64,000 nt of DNA from Octopus vulgaris (taxonomy: Eukaryota). The DNA lies in the NCBI GenBank assembly GCA_951406725.2, contig OX597829.1, positions 5,456,001 through 5,520,000 on the forward strand, in the 5' to 3' direction. Below, piece by piece: positions 1 through 11,320 of this stretch. Below the pieces are notes generated by a model that saw nothing but the letters and a program-made list of their open reading frames with translations, was not told the DNA's origin and did not search any database. The position numbers and the translations under genes were made by a program. Position 1 is the first letter of the stretch. Every line of letters begins with the position of its first letter.

Positions 1-335
1 TGGTAGTCGGAGCTTCAGGTACTGTTACCATCTTAGTGACTAAAAGACCGAACGTTGCCTACATGTTACACTAGCATCCAGTTCAATAATAGGCTAATTG
101 GATCTCAATAAAAATTCATAATGTACCCCTTATCCCATGGGCGTTTGGTGAATTATATGATGAAATTAGAAAGTTTCAAAAAGTGTGACGTAGTAACAGA
201 GGGAAAGGTAGCAACAGAAAGAGGATGATTTATATCAGTGAAGGCGAGAACGACGGTGGAAATGGGATGGTAACATTAATAAAACTGTCATATACAGGTG
301 ATGTTACAGGTATACTTTCGTAAATACATAGATAC

Positions 336-374
<39 letters not shown>

Positions 375-473
375 AGGGGGTGTGAGAAATACGTAGCTTT
401 AAGGAGAGAGGGGATAAATAGCTTTTCTGCTGTCCAACGCCAAGAACCATTCACATACAGACACACACACACA

Positions 474-513
<40 letters not shown>

Positions 514-877
514 TATATGTGTGTGTGTGTATGCATACTTACATACGTACATACATACATATGTCTGCTACACATCATTTTAAACTCCTGATTTCCTGTG
601 TGTCCGTTTGTAAGATGTGTGTGTGTGATTCCCATTGAATCATTTAAATTATACTAAACGTGCAACGGAGGAATTCCTTACGAATATCCTGCAACGAAAC
701 TGCAGTATAGCGGATGATGCCTGGTAGCCGTAAGTGGTGAAAGTACACTTAAGACACGCTGCTAGTTCCATGCCCAAAGCAAGTTTGGATTTACATTTTA
801 AAGTCTCCTATCTAAACTTTAATTTTAAATAGAGCATGTACATATAACGAAGCGATAGCGCGAAGCAGTGTTTAGGT

Positions 878-1207
878 ATGAGCAGAATTTAGGCTAGTTG
901 AAATATACAGTTCTATATTTAAGCGATGACGAATTATGTACATTATTTACATTATTTACATTTGACGGATATTTGTCCTCATCTTGTTTGTTGTTAACAC
1001 AACGTTTCGGTTGATATACCCTCCAGCCTTCATCAGGTGTCTTGGGGATATTTCGCATTTGGGTTCTCATTCCTAACGTATTTTTCGATTGCTGTTATTA
1101 TTATTATTGTTGTTGTTGTTGTTGTTGTTATTCAGGTCATTACCTGGAATCGAACTCGGAATCTTGGGGCTAGTAGCCCGCGCTCTTAATCACTACGCCA
1201 TACGCCC
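878..1207 (-). mobile_element. tRNA-headed, hammerhead-containing short non-autonomous retroelement (family H1)
   Basis: Minus strand reads GGGCGTA-TGGCGTAGTGA (A-box-like)...GAGTTCGATTCC (B-box), then (TAA/CAA)n, a linker, a hammerhead motif and a (GTAAATAAT)n tail. Related body copies at 1222-1340(+), 19860-19978(-) and 63730-63881(+). Confidence 0.8.
996..1041 (-). ncRNA. Minimal type-I hammerhead ribozyme motif (family H1)
   Basis: GACAC CUGAUGA A GGCUG[GAGGGUAUAU]CAACC GAAA CG UU GUGUU. Stem I GACAC/GUGUU, stem II with one mismatch, palindromic ACGU stem III, GUU triplet. Confidence 0.8.
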
Positions 1208-1234
1208 GTGGGCAATTAAGGAAATTTTCCCCAA

Positions 1235-1280
1235 GACACCTGATGAAGGCTTGAGGGTATATCTGCCGAAACGTTGTGTT
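1235..1280 (+). ncRNA. Minimal type-I hammerhead ribozyme motif (family H1, inverted copy)
   Basis: GACAC CUGAUGA A GGC...GCC GAAA CG UU GUGUU. Lies in 1222-1340, an inverted partial copy of 940-1055. Confidence 0.8.
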
Positions 1281-1461
1281 AACAACAAACAAGATGAGGA
1301 CAAATATTCATCAAATGTAAATAATGTAAATAATGTAAATATGTTTCTGACATATTTCAATTGCTAAAAGACATTACATTGCAGTTACCGTGGAAGATAT
1401 CTCCTATGATAAAACGCTGTGAAAAATCGTTTTTACGTTCAGTATCTGCCTCTATTAGGAA

Positions 1462-1508
1462 TCTCAGACATAGATGTTTCGAGACTATTCCCGCTCTCAT
1501 CAATGAAA
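1462..1508 (-). ncRNA. Type-I hammerhead ribozyme motif, C3U core variant (family H2)
   Basis: UUUCA UUGAUGA GAG[CGGGAAUAGU]CUC GAAA CAU CU AUG UC UGAGA. All three stems pair; GUC triplet. Confidence 0.7.
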
Positions 1509-1742
1509 TGTACCTAAGAGAGGTAACTCTGAACGAACTAAGAGACCTATTGGTTTACGTATAATCCAGTCAATACATTGACTGATTTATGTTAGTAGAT
1601 CGCCCGTGATAAATAACGAAACGTTAACACCAAGTTGTGTTTATTTATCATAAGAGAGATATATTCTCCACGGTGACTGAGGGCATTTACCATTTAGCAG
1701 TTGAAATATGTTTGTGACGTATTTCAACTAGCCTAAACTCTG

Positions 1743-1822
<80 letters not shown>

Positions 1823-1823
1823 A

Positions 1824-2006
1824 CGAAAAGACAAAAGACGAAGACAGGTGGTGTACAAAACAAACAGATGTATTAGTATAACGCTCAGGAATTGAAAAAA
1901 GTCTTTTACGTTTCGAGCCTACGCTCTTCTACAGAAAGGGACACCGAAAAAAGCAAGGAGAGAAACAAGGAGAGAAAAAAATGTGTGTAGTGGCTACCGA
2001 TCTATC
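1824..2006 (-). mobile_element. Short dispersed repeat carrying a hammerhead-like motif (family H3)
   Basis: Homologous to 29311-29493 (aaaagacgaagac.ggt...aaacagatgtattagt.taacgctc...cttttacgtttcgag). Confidence 0.75.
1903..1938 (-). ncRNA. Minimal hammerhead-like motif with A6U core (family H3)
   Basis: CUUU CUGUAGA A GAGC[GUAG]GCUC GAAA CG UA AAAG. Perfect stems I and II, palindromic ACGU stem III, GUA triplet. Confidence 0.7.
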
Positions 2007-2093
2007 ATGGTGACTGCCGGACAGAAGGGTCCTTTAGGTAAAGTTCAAAGGTTTTGATGTCGTGGTGTATTGCAAGGATATATATATATACTG

Positions 2094-2166
<73 letters not shown>

Positions 2167-2452
2167 GTGTGTGTGTAAGGATTTACTATGGTCAAGGCTG
2201 CGTGGCATTCGATTATAAATAAATAAAATGGAAATTGCACATTGTGTATAGGACATCACCAACGAGTCAGAAATACGTAAACGCACGAAGTAGGGAGTAA
2301 TAAACAGTCCGACAACTGATGAGCGAGTTATCTTCTTTTGGTATTTTCTCCTCTACTTTTCTCTCGTGTGTTTACGTATTTTTCACTTGTTGGTGAAGTT
2401 CTGTGCACGATGTGTATTTTCATTCTCTCTCTCTTTCTTTTCTCTCTCTCTC

Positions 2453-2508
<56 letters not shown>

Positions 2509-2551
2509 TAAATAAATGGAGTTGAACGCAGATGCTATTCAAATTCTTTTA

Positions 2552-2634
2552 CTTTCGACATATGTTTCGAAGATAACATTGGTTTTATTCCAAAGGAATA
2601 AACGGTGTAAAATTCAATCTTCTCATCAGGAAAG
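2552..2634 (-). ncRNA. Type-I hammerhead ribozyme motif, canonical core, long stem II (family H4)
   Basis: CUUUC CUGAUGA GAAGAU...AUCUUC GAAA CAUAUG UC GAAAG. Perfect stems, palindromic ACAUAUGU stem III, GUC triplet, internal hairpin UUUAUUCC/GGAAUAAA in loop II. Confidence 0.85.
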
Positions 2635-2811
2635 AAAGAGAACCGATCTTAACAACAAGACATTATACTACACAAATTACTGCACATTAACCTGGAGTTT
2701 CTACCGTTGAATAGATCGCTACATCCTTGTTACTTGCGTGAATTTTGCTACCCTGGTGACTGTTTATTGAATTTTCCATGTTAACGGTAAACAAAGGATA
2801 ATTCATTCATC

Positions 2812-2860
<49 letters not shown>

Positions 2861-2865
<5 letters not shown>

Positions 2866-3140
2866 TTAGAGACAAAACCACTATTAACTTAAAATTGAAT
2901 AGAAGATCTGAATACCACCTGATGAATGTCCTTAGAAGAGACACGAAACAATTGTAGTGGCGAATTTAATTTTATTTAATTTATATAAAATTTTTTATGT
3001 ATTGGATTAAGTCTTTCCTTGTTTGATTTGCATAATAGTGGTTTTGTCTCTAATTAATATTATATAATATTTTACTATAAAATTGGAATCAGTCCTAAAT
3101 CTGATTTTTCCCTGTAAATTTGGATTTATTCCCTAATATT
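2861..3140 (+). mobile_element. AT-rich fold-back element containing a hammerhead (family H5)
   Basis: Inverted repeats attaattagagacaaaaccactatta (2861-2886) and taatagtggttttgtctctaattaat (3033-3058). A related copy lacking the ribozyme is at 12380-12595. Confidence 0.7.
2915..2960 (+). ncRNA. Type-I hammerhead ribozyme motif (family H5)
   Basis: CCAC CUGAUGA A UGUC...GACA C GAAA CAAUUG UA GUGG. Palindromic ACAAUUGU stem III, GUA triplet. Confidence 0.8.
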
Positions 3141-3178
3141 TATTATTATTTATATATATATATATATATAATAAAAAT

Positions 3179-3296
<118 letters not shown>

Positions 3297-3310
3297 GTAA
3301 TAATAAATTA

Positions 3311-3936
3311 TATTATCTCTGGCTGCCCAGTCCTGGCTAAGAAGGAATATATTCACAGACATGACAGAGTTGGAACCTACATACACTGGAAGCTATGCCA
3401 ACATTATGGAATAACAACAGAAAAAAGATGGTTTAGGAACACACCAGAAAAGGTCACGGAAAACGAGAAAGCAACCATACTCTGGGATATGCCGATACAC
3501 ACAGATAGAGAAATTAAGGCCAACAGACCAGATATAGTTGTCAGAGATCATGAAGAAAAAAAATGCTTTCTAATTGATGTATCAATACCGGCACATGACA
3601 ACGTGTCTCTAAAAGAAATGGAGAAACTTTCAAAATACAAAGACCTGGAAATAGAGGTAACCAGAATGTGGAATCTAAAAACAGAAACAATTCCTATCAT
3701 AGTAGGTGCATTAGGCATGATAAAAAAATATTCAGACAAATACATAACAAAAACTCCAGGACTTACAAACACATATAACATACAGAAAATTGCACTACTA
3801 GGCACTGCACACATCCTACGCAGAACACTTTCCATACAATAACCATCAAAGCATCACAACAAATCACAGCACATACCCAAGGCACACAGAGCTGCGCTCG
3901 GTAGTGAAGTGAAAGCACGATATAAAAATAAAACTA

Positions 3937-3940
<4 letters not shown>
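3311..3940 (+). mobile_element. 5'-truncated R4/Dong-like non-LTR retrotransposon (restriction-like endonuclease C-terminus plus 3' UTR) inserted in (TAA)n
   Basis: ORF 3120-3842 after the poly-I artefact: GCPVLAKKEYIHRHD...ILWD...NRPDIVV...LIDVSIP...KLSKYKDL...PIIVGALG (PD..D nuclease motif). Flanked on both sides by (TAA)n. Confidence 0.9.
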
Positions 3941-4023
<83 letters not shown>

Positions 4024-4120
4024 TTGAGGAAATATTATTCCTAACTTACAGGGAAAAATTCAATTTAGAACAACTAAATCAAATTTCACAAAATATAATA
4101 TATATATAAAAATTAGAAAG

Positions 4121-4320
4121 AAACACCTTTTAACAATTCAAAATGAACAATTAAATTACATCATCTTGAAAATTACATATAATAGAAATATAAAATATGA
4201 AATAACAATAATATACCGATGATTAAGTAATGTACAAAATAATAAATAAAACGTATATATATGTAATTTTCTAGATCTTGTAATTTAATTGTTCATTTTG
4301 AATTGATAAAAGGTGTTTTT
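4121..4320. repeat. AT-rich inverted repeat with about 60-bp arms
   Basis: aaacaccttttaacaattcaaaatgaacaattaaattaca versus tgtaatttaattgttcattttgaattgataaaaggtgttt. Confidence 0.75.
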
Positions 4321-4357
4321 TTTGTAAGTTATATATATATATACACACACACATAGT

Positions 4358-4604
4358 CTTTATTTGTTTCAGTCATTAGACTACGGCCATGCTGGGGTAC
4401 AGCCTTGAAGTTTTAGTCGAATAAATCGGCCCTAGTACATCCTTTCTAAGTCTGGTATTTATTCTATCGGTCTCTATTGCCGAAGCGCTATGTTACGGAG
4501 ACGCAAATACAGCAACACCGGTTGTCAAGCGGTAGTGGGGAGACAAAGAGAGTCACAACGACACATACACACACATCCTCACACACACACACACACAAAC
4601 ATAC

Positions 4605-4646
<42 letters not shown>

Positions 4647-4796
4647 GAATGCTTCTTTCAGTTTCCGTCAACCAAATCCACTGCTAAAGCTTTGGTGGGC
4701 CCGAGGCTACAGAAGACACTCTCCCTAGGTGTCATGCAGTAGGACTGAACCCAGAATTATGTGGATGGGAAATAAGTTGCAGGCACACCCGCACCT
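4358..4796 (-). mobile_element. tRNA-derived SINE family A, diverged copy
   Basis: Diverged match to the 24609-25023 copy, including the internal (TA)n(TG)n tract and the cagcatggcc...gactgaaacaa tail. Confidence 0.85.
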
Positions 4797-4842
4797 TACA
4801 CACACACATACACACACACATACACACACACATACACACACG

Positions 4843-4893
<51 letters not shown>

Positions 4894-4902
4894 TTTTTTT
4901 TT

Positions 4903-5291
4903 TTTACTTGTTTCAGTCATTTTGACTGCGGCCGTGCTGGAGCACCGCCTTTTAGTCGAGCAACTCGACCCCGGGACTTATTCTTTTTGTAAGCCCAGTA
5001 CTTATTCTATCGGTCTCTTTTGCCGAACCGCTAAGTGACAGGGACGTAAACACACCAGCATCGGTTGTCAAGCAATGCTAGGGGGACAAACACAGACACA
5101 CAAACACACACACGCATATAAACATATATACGACGGGCTTCTTTCAGTTTCCGTCTACCAAATCCACTCACAAGGCTTTGGTCGGCCCGAGGCTATAGTA
5201 GAAGACACTTGTCCAAGGTGCCACGCAGTGGGACTGAACCCGGAACCATGTGGTTGGTAAAGAAGCTACTTACCACACAGCCACTCCTGCG

Positions 5292-5293
<2 letters not shown>
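4903..5293 (-). mobile_element. tRNA-derived SINE family A, full length
   Basis: Head GGCGCAGGAGTGGCTGTGTGG...GGTTCAGTCCC (A/B boxes), body, and tail GGCGGTGCTCCAGCACGGCCGCAGTCAAAATGACTGAAACAAGTAAA. Confidence 0.92.
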
Positions 5294-5340
<47 letters not shown>

Positions 5341-6027
5341 GGAGAGGGGGGAGAGAGAAGGAAAGAGAGGGAAAGCTAGAGATTAAGACAGACAGCGGGA
5401 GAGACGGCCAGACAGAAAAACAGACAGACAGATGGACTGGAAGATAGGCATGGATGAATGGAGGGAGGGAGGGAAGGGCGGAGAGAGGGAGGGGAGTTTT
5501 TAATTGATATTTTCTGATTTGCATAATAGTGTGTGTTTCGTATTAGTAAAGTAACGCTCCCAAGATAAAAGAAAATACACACACACATGCACACACACAC
5601 ACACACACACACAAAGGCAGACAAACAGATTAATAATATGTTAGGTAGATAGATCTATGGGTACATGGACAGCCAGTTAGGCACTGAGTTCATTCAAAAA
5701 TGTTAAATATTTAGAACTTGTTCGAGAAAGACAAACTACAATTTGTTTGGGACAGTTATTTTGGGGACATGGCATCATTCCAAGTATTGCAAGATTAATG
5801 GATAGTTAGTAAGCCCTAGGTGCCAATCATTTGTACTGTTTCTGCAAAGGTCACCCAACATATTGCGATGACAGTCGGTAGATGTCAGAGCGTTAAGAAC
5901 TGTGTTAAGATCACTTAGGGCGACCTTTCAGTATATTCAGCGTTTAGGGACTGCTGATTTTGTTGCTATCACTAGGTGTGTGTGTGTGTGTGTGTATTTA
6001 TAAATATATTTAATTTATATACCTATA

Positions 6028-6029
<2 letters not shown>

Positions 6030-6081
<52 letters not shown>

Positions 6082-6140
6082 CACATACATGCCTGCATAC
6101 ATACATACGTTAAATACGTATATTTTCAAACATACATACA

Positions 6141-6186
<46 letters not shown>

Positions 6187-6245
6187 CACATACATGCCTG
6201 CATACATACATACATTAAATACGTATATTTTCAAACATACATACA

Positions 6246-6291
<46 letters not shown>

Positions 6292-6360
6292 CACATACAT
6301 ACCTGCATACATACATACATTAAATACGTATATTTTCAAACATACATACAATTTCATATA
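6030..6360. repeat. Three tandem copies of a roughly 105-110 bp unit containing (TA)n
   Basis: ttacacatacat.cctgcatacatacatac.ttaaatacgtatattttcaaacatacatacaatttcat occurs three times, separated by (AT)n. Confidence 0.9.
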
Positions 6361-6549
6361 CCCACATACAAACACACGCGTGCACGACACACACACTATA
6401 ATTATAAGTATTTTAAACACATTTCTCTCTCTCTCTTTCTCTATCTGTAAGCACACACAAACACTCACATAAACATACTTATCTCTCTCTCTCACCCTCC
6501 CCTTCCTCCTCCTCTTTCTTTCTCTCTCTCTATATATATGTATATATAT

Positions 6550-6932
6550 ATATATATATACACATACATACATACATACATACATGCATACGTACGTACG
6601 CACATACATACGCACATACAAAAATACATACATATGTACATATATACATATATACATACATACGTAAATGCATAGATACATACATACATACATACATACA
6701 TACATGCATACATACATACATACATACATACATGCATACATATATACATGCATACATACATGCATACATACATGCATACATACATACATGCATACATACA
6801 TGCATACATACACACATACATACATACATACATACATACATACATACATACATACATACATACATACATACATACATACATACATACATACATACATACA
6901 TACATACATACATACATACATACATACATACA

Positions 6933-6966
<34 letters not shown>

Positions 6967-7164
6967 CATACATACATACATACATACATACATACATACA
7001 TACATACATACATACATACATACATACATACATACATACATACATACATGCATACATATATACATGCATACATACATACATACATACATGCATACATACA
7101 TACATGCATGCATACATACATACATACATACATACATACATACATACATACATACATACATGCA

Positions 7165-7198
<34 letters not shown>

Positions 7199-7318
7199 CA
7201 TGCATACATACATGCATACATACATGCATACATACATACATGCATACATACATACATACATACATACATACATACATACATACATACATACATACATACA
7301 TGCATACATATATACATA
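6550..7318. repeat. (CATA)n microsatellite array
   Basis: Seen directly; produces the artefactual MYVC/HTYI ORFs. Confidence 0.97.
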
Positions 7319-7585
7319 ATGTTGCTGTTTCGTGTGGAAATCTAGGCGAGCGGGGTCACAATCGCCACCGTGCTAACAAAGATTAACAATGGTTTAAACA
7401 TTTTGGAGCCATTTATTTTCTACTCGTACGCAACATCGTGCAGGTGTACTGCGTGTATATACAAATATATGGCAAGTGTACGGTAGACTACAAAATAAGT
7501 AATATAGAAAATAAGACAAACATGAATACAAAAAATTATTTGAACAGGTTTTGACCGATATTTAGCTTCCTGATATACAACTTTC

Positions 7586-8275
7586 GGATCTTTTCGGTTT
7601 GAACGGCAGTTTTTTTCTAGCGGCGTCATATGAAATTGTCACCCATAATCATGACCCTAGAATCGATCTATTGCATTTCAATCTTTTTACAGATAGAGAA
7701 AGAGAGAGAGAGAAATGTGTTTAAAATACTTATAATTATAGTGTGTGCGTCGTGCACGCGTATGTTTGTATGTGGGTATATAAAATTGTATGTATGTTTA
7801 ATTGATATTTTCTGATTTGTGTAATAGTGTGTGTTTCGTATTAGTAAAGTAACGCTCCCAAGATAAAAGAAAACACACACACACACACACGCACACACAC
7901 ACACAAAGGCAGACAAACAGATTAATAATATGTTAGGTAGATAGATCTATGGGTACATAGACAGCCAGTTAGGGGTGGGGAGAAGGGTATCTTTTTTTCT
8001 TCACAAATGTAAAAAACCCAATCTGTTTCTTAAACGAGGAACATATTCATACGGGACAGAATGTTTTTTTTTCCCTCAATAGACGTCAGTGATTGGTTGA
8101 AATTGCAGAAATTGAAGAAAAAAAAGCAACAAATATCTTACAGACTATAGAATTTTCTCAATAAAGCCAAGAGAAAAAGATGTTTTATAAACACATTCTA
8201 CCAGTATACGAAGTTTAAAAGTGTTTAGTTACGTGGAAATTATGTTAAAAACTGCCGTTCAAACCGAAAAGATCC
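7586..8275. mobile_element. Non-autonomous TIR DNA transposon (MITE), Merlin-like
   Basis: TIRs ggatcttttcggtttgaacggcagttttt / aaaaactgccgttcaaaccgaaaagatcc with an exact 8-bp TSD caactttc (7578-7585 and 8276-8283). GG termini plus an 8-bp TSD fit Merlin/IS1016. Confidence 0.85.
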
Positions 8276-8477
8276 CAACTTTCTTCTAACAAAGTTTTAT
8301 TACAAAATACATTCAACATGTATATTATGACTGACGCACACGCGGGCGAAAAGTAGCGAACGAGGAGACAAAAATGTCGGCTATACTGAAACATACATGG
8401 ATATACGATTATCTACACAACGTTATATGTCTCCGGTTAATGTAAGGAAAATAACTAGATATATTTAAACTATCACC

Positions 8478-8805
8478 TTGCACCTTGGGCAAGTGTCTTC
8501 TACTATAGCCTCGGACCGACCAAAGCCTTGTGAGTGGATTTGGGAGACGGAAACTGAAAGAAGCCCGTAATATATATGTATGTATATACATGTATGTGTG
8601 TGTATATGTTAGTGTGTTTGTTCCCCTAACATCGCTTGACAACCGATGCTGGTGTGTTTACGTCCCCGTTACATAGCGGTTCGGCAAATGGGATCGATAG
8701 AATAAGTACTAGGCTTACAAAGAATAAGTCCTGGGGTCGATTTCCTCGACTAAAGGCAGTGCTCCAGCATGGCCACAGTCACATGACTGAAACAAGTAAA
8801 AAGTA
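8478..8805 (+). mobile_element. SINE family A, 5'-truncated
   Basis: Starts at gcaccttgggcaagtgtcttc and ends at gactgaaacaagtaaaa. Confidence 0.9.
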
Positions 8806-9117
8806 AAAAAAAAAATAAACAAAAAAAAGTATCATACAAAGACTTTGTCGGTTCACCATTCCAGAAGCAGGAGAAAATTGATGGCACCGGTACAAAGCCA
8901 CGTTCGCAGTAAGATGAAATAACCAAAGAAGAAGAACATTCAGGGATGACAGAGGGTTTTCTGAGATATAGACGGACACAAGAAGGGACACCAGACCTTT
9001 TTTTCTGAAAACGAAACAATCTCGATACTAGATTCTAGAACTGGAAGTGACTCATTTCTGTCAAGACGTCAAAACTAATACAAAATAGTAATACGGCAGA
9101 CATATAGTTGGAGATAA

Positions 9118-9962
9118 CACATACATACACACATACATACCTACATACATACATACATACATACATACCTACCTACATACATACATACATACATACATAC
9201 ATACATACATACATACATACATACATACATACATACATACATACATACATACATACATACATACATACACACACACATACATACATACATACATACATAC
9301 ATACAGACAGACAGACAGACAGACAGACATACACACACACATACATACATACATACATATATACATACACACATACATACATACATACATACATACATAC
9401 ATACATACATACACACACATACATACATTACATACATACATACACACATACATATATACATACATACATACACACATACATATATACATACATACATACA
9501 TACATACATACATACATACATACATACATACATACATACATACATACACACACATACATACATACATACATACATACACTCACATACATACATATATACA
9601 TCCATACATACACATACATACATACATGCATACATACATACACACATACATACATACATGCATACATACATACATACACACATATATATATACATACATA
9701 CATACATATATGCATACACACATACATACATACATACATACATACATACATACATACATACATACACTCACATACATATATATATACATACATACATACA
9801 TATATACATACATACATACATATATACGTACATACATACATGCACATACATACATACATACATACATATATACATACATATATACATACATATATACATA
9901 TATACATACATACATGCATGCATACATACATACATACACATACATACATACATACATACACA

Positions 9963-9996
<34 letters not shown>

Positions 9997-10230
9997 CACT
10001 CACATACATACATATATACATCCATACATACACATACATACATACATGCATGCATACATACATACACACATACATACATACATACATACATACATACACA
10101 TACATACATACATACATACATACATACACTCACATACATACATACATACATACATACACTCACATACATACATATATACGTACATACATACATACATGCA
10201 CATACATACATACATACATACATACATACA

Positions 10231-10264
<34 letters not shown>

Positions 10265-10572
10265 CATACATATATACATATATGCATACATACATACATA
10301 CATACACTCACATACATATATACATCCATACATACACATACATACATACATGCATACATACATACGCACATACATACATACATACGTGCATACACACGTA
10401 TATACATACATTACATACATACATACATATATACATACACACATACATACATACACTCACATACATACATATATACATACATACATACACATACATACAT
10501 ACATACATACATACATACATACATACATACATACATACATACATACATACATACATACATACATACATACAT
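9118..10572. repeat. Compound (CATA)n microsatellite array, about 1.45 kb
   Basis: Seen directly. Confidence 0.97.
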
Positions 10573-10639
10573 AAGATATTAAACCAGTATTTCCCTGGAT
10601 GCAATCATCCATGCACGAGGTTAACATATCCTCTAATTA

Positions 10640-10698
<59 letters not shown>

Positions 10699-10706
10699 CT
10701 GTGTGC

Positions 10707-10742
<36 letters not shown>

Positions 10743-10774
10743 ATGTATATATATATATATTCTTTTATTTTTTA

Positions 10775-10965
10775 ACTTGTTTCAGTCATTTGACCGCGGC
10801 CATGCTGGAGCACCGCCTTTAGTCGAGCAAATCGACCCCAGAACTTATATTTTTGTAAGCCTAGTACTTATCCTATCGATCCCATTTGGTGAACCGCTAA
10901 GTTACGTGGACGTAAGCAGACCAGCATCGGTTGTAAAGTGGGGGCAAATACAGACAAATCCACAC
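10775..10965 (-). mobile_element. SINE family A, 3' half
   Basis: acttgtttcagtcatttgaccgcggccatgctggagcaccgcc...cagcatcggttgt. Confidence 0.88.
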
Positions 10966-11320
10966 ACACGCAATATATATATATACATACATACATATAT
11001 GCATGCGTACATATATGCATACATGAATGCATGCGTATATACATACATGTATGTATGTATGTATACATACATACATACATGCATACATACATACATACAT
11101 TACATACATACATACATGCATGCATGCATACATACATACATACATACACATACATACGTACATACATACATACACACACATACATACATACATACATACA
11201 TACATACATACATACATACATACATACATACAAACATCTATGCATGCATACATGTATATACCTGCCAGTAAGCAACATTGACGTTAGATGATGAAGATAA
11301 ATATATATAAATATATATAT

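Noticed and set aside
650-760. Hammerhead-like remnants gaaactgcagta (palindromic stem III) and cggatga...gaaagtacact
   Set aside because: The CUGANGA core and stem I are not intact; at most decayed relics.
1131-1207. Possible tRNA gene (also the head at 15275-15352)
   Set aside because: The acceptor and T stems do not pair properly and there is no terminator; these are tRNA-derived heads of repeats.
1578-1630. ctgattt...gtta...taac gaaacgtt hammerhead-like string
   Set aside because: G8 and A9 are missing and stem I does not pair.
6289-11291. Long ORFs up to 537 aa (HTYI/MYVC repeats), also at 50887-51460 and 54373-55223
   Set aside because: They are translations of stop-free microsatellites, open in several frames and on both strands.
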